Part shown: in pieces, positions 26,890 through 40,141 of the stretch
How the letters are laid out: each line of letters begins with the position of its first letter
Position numbering within the stretch: position 1 is the first letter of the stretch
From: Auanema rhodensis
Taxonomy: Eukaryota > Animalia > Nematoda
Reading direction: 5' to 3'
Assembly: GCA_964057225.1 (NCBI GenBank)
Contig: OZ059898.1
Span: 7,936,001 to 8,000,000, forward strand
DNA: 64,000 nt
Notes under the pieces: model-generated
What the model saw: only the letters and a program-made list of their open reading frames with translations
The model's database searches: none
What the model was told of the DNA's origin: nothing
Position numbers and translations under genes: made by a program

Positions 26890-27735
26890 ACTAGTCACAT
26901 ATGTATGTTAAATATCATCTAAAAATTATTTTATAAAAATATATTTAATAAATAAAAGAATTTTGAATTTAAAGATCATAATCATAAATATGAAATAGAT
27001 ATTGTTAAAGGAATAGAAGAAATGATAGAATTAATATGAGCTAATTTGAAATAAAACTAATTTTAAAAAAGAATTAAATGATGATGAGGGAAAAAAACAT
27101 TTTGAAAGAAAATGAAAAAGATCAAAGGAAGAACAATCTCTCTCTCTCTCTCTCTCAATTTCTCTCTCTATTTTTGTCTTTTTCTCTTTCATTCAATTGA
27201 TGTCTTGAAGAGAGGGGTTAAATTATCAGTCAATCAAGGATGGAAAAGACGAAAGTAGAAGATATGAGAATTTGAAGTAAAACTTGAACGATCAAGCTGA
27301 CTTGTTTTGTTATAATGATCGATGCATTAACTATTACACATGACGTCACAATCAAAAAAATGATATAAAAATTGAAAAAGATAATGAGAGAAAGATAATG
27401 AGGTGAGAATAAGAAGAATAAGAGAAAAAGTTTGGATAATATGAAACGAAAAAAGAGGAGAAAATATATTTTTCAACATTTGAATTAATCACGTAAAAAT
27501 TGGAAAATTGAAAAGATCAGATTTAAGAAGCTAGTAAGTGTGGAAAAAACGTGAAAAAGGTAAAAGAGAGATAAATGAGGTTAAGCTAAAGGAGAGATAA
27601 ATTGAGTAAAGAGATAGGAAAAGATATAGAGAAAATTGAAAAAAATGAGCTGAATTGAAAGAAACAAATGCTTTTCAGAATAAGAAATGATATGATAAAG
27701 AGTCTAAGAAATACAGAGAGTAGGGAAGTGAAAAA

Positions 27736-27754
27736 GAGAGAGAGAGAGAGGAAA

Positions 27755-27805
<51 letters not shown>
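27736..27805. repeat. (GA)n microsatellite
   Basis: Interrupted GA run upstream of let-756. Confidence 0.95.
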
Positions 27806-27809
<4 letters not shown>

Positions 27810-29109
27810 GCAACTCTGAAACTGAAAGGTTCTGTCATCAAACAACTGTTTTCACATCCTCTCATATTCTATATCTCTATCTATCTTGTCTATCTATCTA
27901 TATGTATTTTCTCTTTCTTTCAAAGATTTACTAAATGACTTATCACTCAATAAATGATACAACAAACATATTCATTATATGGATATAGTATATAATATAT
28001 ATTACACAAAAATTCTTCTTAATCAATTGTAAATACAAAATCTGTCTGTCTGTCTGAATGTTGACAGTTTTGTAACTAAAATGATATTATTTTGATAAAT
28101 TAAACTAATAATAATAATATTTATCATAAATATGTTTCAATTATTTTTTTTTAATGAAATTTTATTAAACGAATGTTCAAATGAAAATATAAAATATTTA
28201 AAGTTATTTTATTTTTTATTGATTTCAAATAATTATATTATAAAATAAATAGAAATAAATGGAAAATAAGATTTAAGTTATTTTTTATTTGAAGAAAATT
28301 CAAAAAAAAAAGAAGGAAAAATGGAAATTCACACATTTTTAGCAAATTTTTAAATAATGTTTCAAGCATTTTGCTTAAAGTTATGAATCAAATAGTATTA
28401 GGGGAAATCGATTACTTTGGAAAAAGATAGATTGATTGAAAAGAAAGAGAAGAGAAAAATCAAAATTTGAAAGAGAGAAAAGAAGAGAGGGAATAAGAAA
28501 GGTAGAGAGAAAGAGAGAGGGAGAGAGAGAGAGAGAAAATTGGACGAATGCGTCAGGTGCTAAGAAGATCTCGAGATGATAATACAACTTATTATAGAAG
28601 ACAGCACGTAAGAGATACCTATGATACATATACATATACAATTATTTTTTTTTAATTTTCTTAAAAAAATAACAAAAAGCTATAAAAATATTTTTATTGG
28701 TAATTTTACAAGGATATCTGGCTGAAATGTCACCTTGAATTGCTAGAGTTATACTATTTTTATAGTTAAACTGAGAGTTAAATCAACTAGATGAGGAAAT
28801 TGAAGAAAAGAAGTTCTAAGAGAACGAAAATTATTATCAACAATTCAAAGAGAAAGAGAGAAAGAATGAGAGACAAATTGAAATGAGGAATAAATAAAGA
28901 GAAAGAGAGAGAGAGAGAGAGAGCAACGGGTTTGTTGCCATTTCGGGAAATTACAAGAGGGTGATCTGAAAAAAAAAAGATTTTTTTCTGGAATGATTTG
29001 AGAACAAAGAACAAGAATAATTGTTGAAATTGAAACAATTTACTCATGGAGATACTAAAGGAATCAAATCTCCGAAGTTGTAGTAAATTTCAGGGGAGTT
29101 TGGAGCGAA

Positions 29110-29114
29110 AGAGA

Positions 29115-29189
<75 letters not shown>
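29110..29189. repeat. (GA)n microsatellite
   Basis: About 80-nt GA run upstream of let-756. Confidence 0.95.
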
Positions 29190-29191
<2 letters not shown>

Positions 29192-31554
29192 GTTACTGAG
29201 AAAAATTTGACACGTAAGTTTGGATAGATAGATTGTTATCTAAGTCAACAATCAAATTGATGATCGACGCATGATAGTAAAATAGACGAAAATGAATAAT
29301 TTTTTCTTTAAAATTCACAAAAAAAAAAAAGAAAACAAAATTTGAATCAAAGAGTTAAAGGAATGGTTTGAAGAAGAAAAGAAAAGATAATGGTGTAAAG
29401 AGGAAACAACTATTTTTGGGTCAAAATTGAATAAAATCATGAAATTGTAAGATAGATAAATGAAATAATAAAAGAAAAATACGAATAATAAGATAACTAT
29501 TCTGAGGAAAAAGAAGCTAAGAAATTGATGAAATGACGTTTCATCAATTTTTTTCACAAAAAATGTGTGATGTATGAGTGTATGTGTGTGACATGCTGAA
29601 GCAGGAGGTAGGTAGTGGGTTGTGCTCAAGATATAAGCAAGATGTGTATTGAAGAGGAAAATGAATTATTTTGACCTTTGAAAAGGAAAAAAATAAGAAA
29701 AAAGGTTGTTTGAAAGAAACGATGTAAGTTGAAACAATGTGACATGTTGGTAATGCTGAAGAGGGGACGACGAACTAGGTTGGCAGAGGCAGATGCGGGT
29801 GTGAAGAAGGGTAAGAGGTGAATGAGACTGCTGCTACTGCTACTGCTGGTGGGACTACATGACACAGACTAAATGACGTTTTGATTGTGACGTAATGAAG
29901 TTAATGATCGTAAGATGACTTTGAATGAGCTATACATCGAAGCAAAAATGCCGACGTGGCGATCGTTATAACCGTAACGAGACGACGAGCTTTGGCGGTT
30001 TTTTGGAGTTTAAGTCATGAAAAGAGGAAAAACGAATGGTGAAAGAATATAAGAAAAACTGAAAACAACTGTACACGAGTATGTTGGATGGGGTGGGTGT
30101 ATACGTAGTTTGACAGACTAACGATGCCTAAGGGGAGGGGGAGAGGCGATGACAACGACGACGACAACCACTACGCACACACTATGGAAGTGAGCGAGCG
30201 ATTGACGACAATCAACGAGTTCTTAGAGCGAGGATCGTTAGTCGTGCGTCATAATGTTGAAAAATATTCTGAATAAGGTAAGAAGAATTCAGCAGAATGC
30301 AAATACTTCAGAAGGACAAGATAGACGACGGCGACAACAGTGGCAAGGGTGACAACGACGACAAAAAGTGAAAGACGACGAACGAAAGCAGGTGGATGAT
30401 ACGAAACACATCATCAACTTCTGAATACAGGCTTACAATGTCATCATTCTAGTTCGAAATTGTCTGTCATTGTACTTTAAGAATTGGATGACCTGCGAAT
30501 AGGATATTCACAAACCTATTAGTGCCTTTAACCATCCGAATTGTCGTTGTTCACCCAGTTAACCCACGTTGAATTCTATTCAAATATCTTTTTTTTTCTT
30601 TGAAATGAATTTATTTTTATTAGAAACAACTATTTGATGAAAATATTGTAAAATTGATGAAGAAGACAGGCTATTGGTCACGTATTTGATGTAACATGTA
30701 TAATATTCCAAAATTTATAATAAATGCAATCAAATAATATATATTATACGTAATTTGTATATATTTTGTTTATAATTTGTTTGTTATAATAATATTTTAG
30801 TTAATTTTAGAAATTGATTTAACTATCCGTTGATTTCATTTCGTTTTTTATTGTTTTTTGTATGTTTTCTTTGAAAAATAATAAAACAAGTATATTACTT
30901 CAACACAGATTCATTACATAAGTCATGTAAAGATCGGTAACAGTACATTATTTCGTCGAGACGACAGGAATTATGAAGAAACAGCCAATGGAATGGATTT
31001 TTTTGTATTTCAGGCAAATTATAGCACATTGATAGCAGATGATGATTAGATGTAATAGAGTAAAGGAAATATTATGGAATCGAGGAAGAAACTGACAATA
31101 GAAGGAAATTACTTTATACGAGATGAAACTTCTAAATGGATGATGAATGATGGATAAATCAAACCAAAGTAGAGTTCCAGACGAAGGAGAGCCAACTTGA
31201 AATGAGAGTTTATCGAATAGATAGTTAGATAGATAGTAAGATTTTACAACAGAAAACGATAATAATTAGGAGAGAGATCATTCTGCAAAGTATGTTCTGC
31301 TTGTTAATTATTTTTCTTTTTTTTGATAATACTATACTATATTATAAATAATATAATATAGAATATATATATGTAAAAAGAAAAAGAAAAGAGGCCATAA
31401 GATGAAAAGTAGATGAGGCCGGATGTAATTGTTAATACAGTTTATAACATGTAGAAACAAGTTTGTGATGAAGATTTAACTAGATTATATATATATAATA
31501 TAGTTAAATTATAACTTATATACTTATAATCACATGTATCATCATTACTATCAT

Positions 31555-34500
31555 CTAAGGATCTTTCTTCTTGACAAGCATAGAAACTTCTTGTGCTACG
31601 CTGCCATAGATAAAGCGGAATTGATCTCCAGTACGAACCATTCCTATAATAATTATTATATTATATACATATAGTTATTAATATAGCTAACCATCTCTTT
31701 GATCACGTAGATGTTCTACGGATGCAACAACATCAATCTGTCGAACTCCACGTAGTAAACGATTGCACAAGAGATCTACAGCACAATAAACTCCAGTTCG
31801 TCCACATCCATCCAAAGAATGTACCAATAATGGTGATGATCGTCCACGATATGATTTGTTAACTTTTCTATAACAAAATTGTAAAAATTAATTATAATTT
31901 TATAATTAACACATAGTTTCAAATAACGTGAAATACACGTAAATTCATTTTATTTTTTCATTTTCGTGTAGTTTTTCCGGTTGCATTATTTTCTAATTTT
32001 CAAATAATTTATATTTTTCTTTATTATATATATTATATATGTATAGTTATCTAATAATAATTACCTTCTGAATTCCAAAAGACTCTTGGTACTACTTGGC
32101 GTGGAATCTTTTGGCCAATTGATATAATGGAATTGAGTTATAGTACGTGTTTCAGAACTTTGTAGATTTTTCAAGTAGAATGATCGAACCATATAATCAG
32201 AACTCCAGATATGTTCGGATACCAAATGGATCTATAATTATAATAAAGATATAATGATATAATTATTTAACTATATTTACATATAGTATAACCCCTTTTT
32301 CTCGTTTTTTTGTTTATTTGCGAAAAGAAAAAAAAAAGATAAATCGAAACTTTTGTTCCCGATAGTTTATTAGAAAGGAAACGAACAAAATTACATTTCT
32401 TCCGATTTTTAAATCACAAAAGATTTCATTTTGTTTGTTGAATTGTCGTTTTTATTGAATCAAAATGTATATTATTCACTTAGAATGTTTAAATTTTTTT
32501 TTGTTTTACACGATTTGGTTATAAGAAAAGATATAATGATAGTATATTGCATATACATGTATGTATATCTAACCATATGTTATAGTTAAAATTTTAATAT
32601 TAACCTCAAATGGCCCATGAATCTGGCTTCCTTCATTTGGCCAGTAGTTCTTATCTTGTTTCATTTCATCTGTATCCGTCAGATTGACAATCAAACAGAC
32701 TCCATGTTGCCAAATAGCTTGCCAGAATCCAGACATATCATCAGTTTGCGGAGTTTGAGCTGCCATATATACTGGTTGTCTGAAACAAATAATAATTTTA
32801 TAATTAATATAATTAATAAGATGAATATATGTATATTCTTCTTCTTCTTCTTTATGTTAACATACTTTGGATCATCATCATATATGAAACTGGCATTAAT
32901 ATAAGCTGGATCATTCTTCCATGCTTCAATTGGAACAACATTTTCATCAACTAAATTATATAAATTATATATTATATAATAAATATATATGAATGTTATT
33001 ACATGGAATGATTGATCGATTTTTTTCATTAAATTGTCTTCCAATGTTCTTTTCTTTGGTCAAATTACAGTATGTCTTGATGGAATCCCATTGAGCTTCC
33101 ATTCGAGATGGATCAGCTAGCATTTCTTGCAGGAAGTTCTGAAATTTTATATTAACTTCTTCTTAATTTATGTCTTATTTCTTTAGATTTTCTATTTTTC
33201 TTCAATATTATCACTAATATTATATATAATATTCATATAATAAATTAATAAAATAATATAAATCGTTAACAGTCCCTCTTTACTCATTCTCTCTGTTTTT
33301 TATATTTTCTGTTATTTGTTCTCAGTCCTTCATTTTTTGAATTTTTTTTGAATTATCGTCTTCTCTTAACTATATACATAACTGGACATCATTAGCTTCT
33401 TAAGGTTGTTGTTCATTAGCTATTCAGATGACAATATTTCCTGCAAATTAGTTGGAATTGTTTACAAGAACGGGCACAAATGATCATGAACCAAGACAAT
33501 AAGTGCTATGTCCATCCATCCATCTATACATACATACATACATTACATACATAGTATATACAACATGTATTAAATATTAGTAGATAAGTAAATATTTAAA
33601 AGTTTTATATCAAACTCTTATTTCATTTATTTTTTTATTTTTTTTTATTTTAAAATAAATAATTTAAATTAGAAAAAATAGATGGAAATAATACGTATTT
33701 GAGTCTTTATGGGATCAGTATATGTGCTATCAAAATCGAAAGATAAAAGTCTGTTTTTCAGAGAAATATACGAATATATTGGCAAAACAAATGATAAGAA
33801 AACAGGTTCTATATGTATTCAAATGAATTTTAGCTATTTTGAATGAATAATTACCTTGATATAGAACACAATGTTCATAACTACTAGACATGCTCATTCC
33901 CTTCACTTCTATCCATCGTCTATTTTGCTTTTCAGAATATTTGACCCTTTCTCAATGATCTTTCAACTAACGATTCTCATGGAACCTTATTTCCTCTATT
34001 GCACATTCATTTCATACCAAACATCTTTTTTTTCTCAGCAATTTTGTAGTTAACAATCTTTCAAATCTCATTCAAACTAACCATCACCACATGTCCAGTT
34101 CCAATGTCAATTGTTGGCTGTTGAGCTTCGTCACCACACCAACTGCTGGTCGAACTGCTCTTGCTAGCTCGACCTGAATTGGTTTCCTGGCAGACACGTT
34201 GACGACACATATCCTGAAGTTAGTAGAAGATAAACTGACATTTAGAAAATGAAGTAATGATAGATGAATGATTTATAAAAGAGAGAGAGAGAGAAGGCAG
34301 CAGTGAGAGAGGAAGAGAGCGAATTATACAAAGAAATGCAAATATATATATAATTATATAAATATAAATAAACATACCTGATAAGTTAAATTAGCTTTAT
34401 TATCAAAATTTGAAGCCATTTGTTTGATATTTTGATGGTAATAACGACGATTCTTATACAAATGAATCTGGAAATTTGAAGAAATAAATGATTTTTTGAA

Positions 34501-37500
34501 ATTTTATTTTCAAAAAATGAAAATAGTTTGATATTCAGTCATTTTTCTTATTCTTTTCACTCAAATAAATTTTTTTTCTTCTTTGAATAATTATGAAAAA
34601 AGACCAAAATGGAACAAAACTTACTGAGAGCACGGAAATTAAAGCTGTAATGGTCAGACCGCAGACGACGAGAATAGGCTTGAAGATCCAGTCACGCTCA
34701 GCTGATTCAACTGGCACAGACTCCTAAAAGAAATAAAAAACATATATTATACATTTACTATACATATTTATTGGGGAAAAAATGGTCTTTTGAGTGCAAA
34801 ATTCATAGAACTTACCGATCCTATTCCAATGCCAGTTTCAGCAACTTCAGCACCAGAGAATCGAGCAATATCTTTACGTCGTTTGTCTATAAGAAGAAAT
34901 ATTATATATTTCCTTTATTGTAAATAACAAAAAATAAATTTATATTTCAAAATTTGATGTAATATAAGATAGTATTAAGAAAAAATAAATGGAATATCAC
35001 TTACAAACTGCTTTAGCAACTCCTTCAACGGAATCAATTCGTTTATCTTTCTGTGCTTTTGCACCTTCTAATCGATTTATTCTCATGGATAGTTGTCCTT
35101 GATCAAATCTGAAAAAGAAGAATATTATCAAAATAATTAATTATTTATGTTATAAATAGAATAATTAATAATAAAAAGTTTAGATATAACATACTGGAAG
35201 TCATCAAAGATGAGATTATTAGGTAAAGCAATAGTATTTTGAAGGAATTCAATCAAAGGATATAATTGTTCTTCAGCTTTGATATTAACCTATATAATAT
35301 AATATAAATAAGTTATTATAATTATAATTATATTTATAATACCTTCAAATATACTCTGTTACCAACAACTCGAGTAATTCCACTGTTTCGTCCCTTCACA
35401 ATTTTGTGGACGGTGTTATCAAGACCTATAAATTATTTTTTGCATATTCAAGTTGTTATGAGATTAAATATATTTTTATTATAATTGATTTAAAAACTTT
35501 TTTTTTCTAATTTGTATTTTAACTGAGTAAAGTAATAAGGTTTTCTTTATTTGATTATCCCCTCTTTTGCCTTTTTGTCTTTTTTTAAAATTAAATTTGT
35601 CTTTAAACATTTTAGATATTCATATATTATCAATATAACAAACCCATTTCAACATTTCCAACTTCTTCAGCATCTTTCTTTAAGACTTGTTGTTGGTCAG
35701 CTAATGCAGCAGCATCCAATGAAATTGCTTCTTCTGCTTCTCCAACTGAAACAAATTAAAAATTAATTTTTTTATTTAAAATCTTCTCTTTTATATTTTT
35801 TTATATTTTTATGTAATACATTTCCTTTTCTTGACTTCATAAAAGGAAATATGTAGCTTTTTTTGAGTCAAAAGGAAAAAAAATGTGTTTCCGCAAATCA
35901 GTCAAAGCTATACTTCACGAATGTCCTGAGTCATTCATCATTTGGTCATAATGATTGACTCAGAATCAAACATATATTAACTTTTTAGGATATATTTTAT
36001 TTAAATTAACAGAGATATTATTCATATAATAATAACATATATTATCGTCCCTAAAAACTAAAAAAAAAGATGTTTAACGATATTAGAAGTGCTTCATGCA
36101 CGACATGAAGCTTAATCGGAAATTTGAGCTCAAGTTGTTGTTGGAATGAAGCATTTACAAAACTAAATATGGATCCTATATTTACATATCTATATCTGTC
36201 TATATATATAGTAGAAATTGAAAAACTATATAAAAATTTTATTTTAAAGAAAAATATACTTTTATATTAAATTATTTATAATATGAATTACATGAATTAT
36301 AATTTATTTATTTTTTTAAACTCGAATTTCACACATAATTCAAACTATTCTTATTCTTCATTTTTGAATCAACAAAGAACATAATTTAATTAATTGAATT
36401 GAAAATAAAGATTAAATATTCTAAGAAATATTTGAACGAAGCTCAAGTTGAAATTTTTTTTAAAACTTAAATAAAAGCATTTTAAAGTTATTCTTGAATT
36501 TATTTATGAGATAGAATAGCATAAATGCTTATTTTAATATTTATATTTGTCTAGTTTTAACTATTTATTAGTTTTTGATTAAAAATAATAATAACGTTAC
36601 CTTCTGCTGGCCGTTCATCAGCTACTTCAGCCAAATTTAGATTATCTTTTAAAGCAAAAAGACGAGAAATAAGTTCATTAAGTTGGCTATCGGATAACAA
36701 AGATAAATCTATAAAAAATAAATTTAAATTAAATGAAAAATTAAATTAAAAATACCTGGATCTTCACTCTTAACTATTTGTTCCATATATTGTTCAACTG
36801 TTGGATCAATAGTATCATCCTGTTCGACAAAATCTGAATAATTGGTCTTTAAACGAATTATATGTATTTCTAAATATACCTCCTAGATCTACATTAGGTA
36901 ATGGCTCATTAAGTTGTTGAATAATTTGCTGAATTTCATCCTCTGGCACATCATCATCAGCAGGAATTAGAGGAACAAGCTATAAAGCATGGGTAAGTTA
37001 AGATAATTTTTTTGATGTTGTACCATTTCAACTTCTTGAGGAGCTTCAGCTGGTGTTTCAATATCATACTTAGTTCTATCATCACCAACTTCATCTTCAA
37101 GAAGTAAAACTGGTTGTTGACTATCATCGAAACTCTGTTGATCTTCATTCAAACCCATACCAATCAACTGTAATCCAAAAAATAATAAATAAAAATATTA
37201 ATTATATAAAATATAAATTTTCGTAGAAACAAAAGAATGTTTTTCATTACATTTCTTCTTCTACATAATTCAAAGTCTGAGAATATTTTTTCTAAAAACA
37301 CTAGAAAATTCGTATATTTTAATTGAAAGATTAAAAGTAATATTTTATAATATTTATTTAATTATGAATTAAAAATATTTCATTTACTGACCTGTAACAA
37401 TCCCCATACTTTAGCAGGATTATGAACCTGGCAAAAATTGGGATCGTACAGTAGATCATAGGACATGGAAAGCTTATAGTAAGCCAAGACACATTGTGTC

Positions 37501-40056
37501 TGCTCATCAGCCCACTCATTTCCGGATTTGTAGATTCTGAAATAGTAAAAATATATTTTTATTATAATATTTTTATAATAATATATAGTATATAGTATAT
37601 ATTTTATATTTTAAATGAAAAAATGCATTGCATTCCCTCCCCCCACTGAACCGAAACTTTGAAACTTTAAAATTTGAAATTGAAAATAATAATATGTAAA
37701 TATAGTTCAATATACTATATATAGTATATGTATAATAATAATAAGTATAATGTCCTCTATATATACATATGTATATAGAAAATATAATATAAACTTAGTA
37801 CAAAATCAAAAAAAAAAACAAATCAAATATCATTTTTCTATTAATTATTATCGTCGTTTTTCAATCTTTTTACCTATTTCAATTCATCTTGTAATTTCCC
37901 TTTATATCTTTTCAAATATATTTCCAAAGTTTAATTGATTTCAAATTTTATTTTTAACACATGAAAATATATTGAATTCATATAGCTTTAGGGCATTTCC
38001 ACTTCAATTATTTTTTCTACTCTTAAATCCCTCACACCCTCTCCCCCCTTTTCCTCTTTTCACATCCTTCTTTCCTTTCTTCCATATTTTTTCTAGCTCT
38101 TACTCAGCTTTTCTCCTTTTTGCTATGTTATTTCATTCATTCAAACTGAATTGGTTAAACGGGAATTGGGGATAGAAAGAAGCAGAAAGGCTAGTTGAGT
38201 AAGATATGGAGAAACAGACAGTGGTCGAGCTTTCATCCGCTTGACGAACGACAAATATCGGATTCGTCAGATGACGTGAGGATTGCCATGACCATTTACG
38301 AGATGAGAAACATACATCCTATACTTCTGTGTATGTTCCTCCATACAAGAAGAAATTGAATCGACTTTCTCTCTCCGTTCCCCCCTCTCTCTCTCCCTCT
38401 CTCTCGTCTTAGATGTTTAAGTATAGATGATCATCAGTCTATATTTAGAAAATTAAATTCTCTCAAGCTTTTTAAAGTTCGAAGAATATTTAAACCGAAA
38501 AAAAAAATAAGAAAAGCTTTTATGTTTAAAATTCTTACGTTATTCTTATATAAACTATTTTATAAATAATTAATTATATATAAATAAAAAAAGGAAAATA
38601 TTGGTTAATGAAGATATACAATCATATAAAATAAATGTTTATATATAACTTATATATAAATATAGTTTTATTAAGAAATTTTATAGTTTACACAATACTA
38701 ACAACAATCTTCTTATTTTTTCTAAATTTAAAGCCAAAATATTATCTTCAATTGAATTAAAAATAGTATTTTCTTTAAAATACTACAAAAATATTTTTAA
38801 ATCTTATACAATATTTATTTAAGAAAATAGAAAAGTTTGAAATATATATTTATATATCGATTAATGAATATTATTTTTTGTTTTTTTAAAATCTTTTCCA
38901 GCACGATACTGCGTGTTAAAGCTATATTTTCATTTGGTAAAGCTTTAAACGTAATGTTTTCGTTGAATTTGTAATTGTTCTTCTTTTATTTTTCAAATTT
39001 TTGTATCTTAGAATACTACTGTTATTTTAAAAGAAAAGGATAAAAAGAAAAAGAATTAGAATTATCAATGGATAAATGAATAAAATTTGCAAAATTCCAA
39101 CCCTATTGTCTTCTAACTATCTTTTAAATGTTGTAAAAAGGTTCTGTCTGTGCTTTGCTTTTCGAACAAAATAATTACCCCAACACTCTTCTTTTCTTGG
39201 TCTATAATCTCCCTTTGGGATATTTTTTCAGGGGTTCTTTCTCTCTTTCTCTCCTATTTCTTTTTTCTTTTCAATTTCTTTGCTAAAGCTTTCTCTATTT
39301 TACATTCTCTCAATTGTACTCTTTTCTGACCATATTTCATTGTTTTTTTCCTATTTACACGCAAGAAATGGTATATGTAGTCATCAAACGATATTCAATA
39401 TTATTTGACTTTGTTTTCTATAGTTCAGAGATTGTTTTTAGAAGAATAATGATTACATTCATCTATCTATATATAGATAAAGATGATTTTCAATTATTTT
39501 CATTATGTTCTACACATTCAAAGAGAAACAAACCTCAACAGTTCTAATCGAAGAAGTTCCAGCTGTGTTGAATCCAAATCTGTTAAAACAGTTGGCTCTG
39601 GCACGCCATACACAGGCGAATAACATTGTCCAAAGACACCATCTGAAATATATTTAATATTCATTTAAATACTTTAAAAATCAAATATTATTTGATGTTA
39701 ATAATTTTATTTTAATTTTCTTCTTCATAACCAAAGGTTTCAGATTTCATATTTGTAAAAGAAATATATGAATAGAAGTTATGCAAATTGAAAAAGAATA
39801 TGTGATTATAAACTTGAACTTTAAGAGCATAATAACTAACTGAAAATGAACTATTTGTATTTATCATAGTCTAATAAGATAAAAAATTTTTTTTTATGAA
39901 TCAAAAGTTTTTTTTTTCCATAAATATGCCCCCTCAATCTTTTTTTTTCATTTTTTTTCTTCATTGTCATCCACTTGGACGTAAATAAAATTCTTAAAAT
40001 TTCCTTCTTTCTAGTGCCACTCTCACTTTCTGAACTCTCTTCTCCCTCTATCTCTT

Positions 40057-40141
<85 letters not shown>

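Noticed and set aside
24940-30170. Complementarity between GAC/AAC repeats upstream of let-756 and in its 3' region
   Set aside because: Both are simple trinucleotide-like repeats with several mismatches, so pairing is expected by chance.
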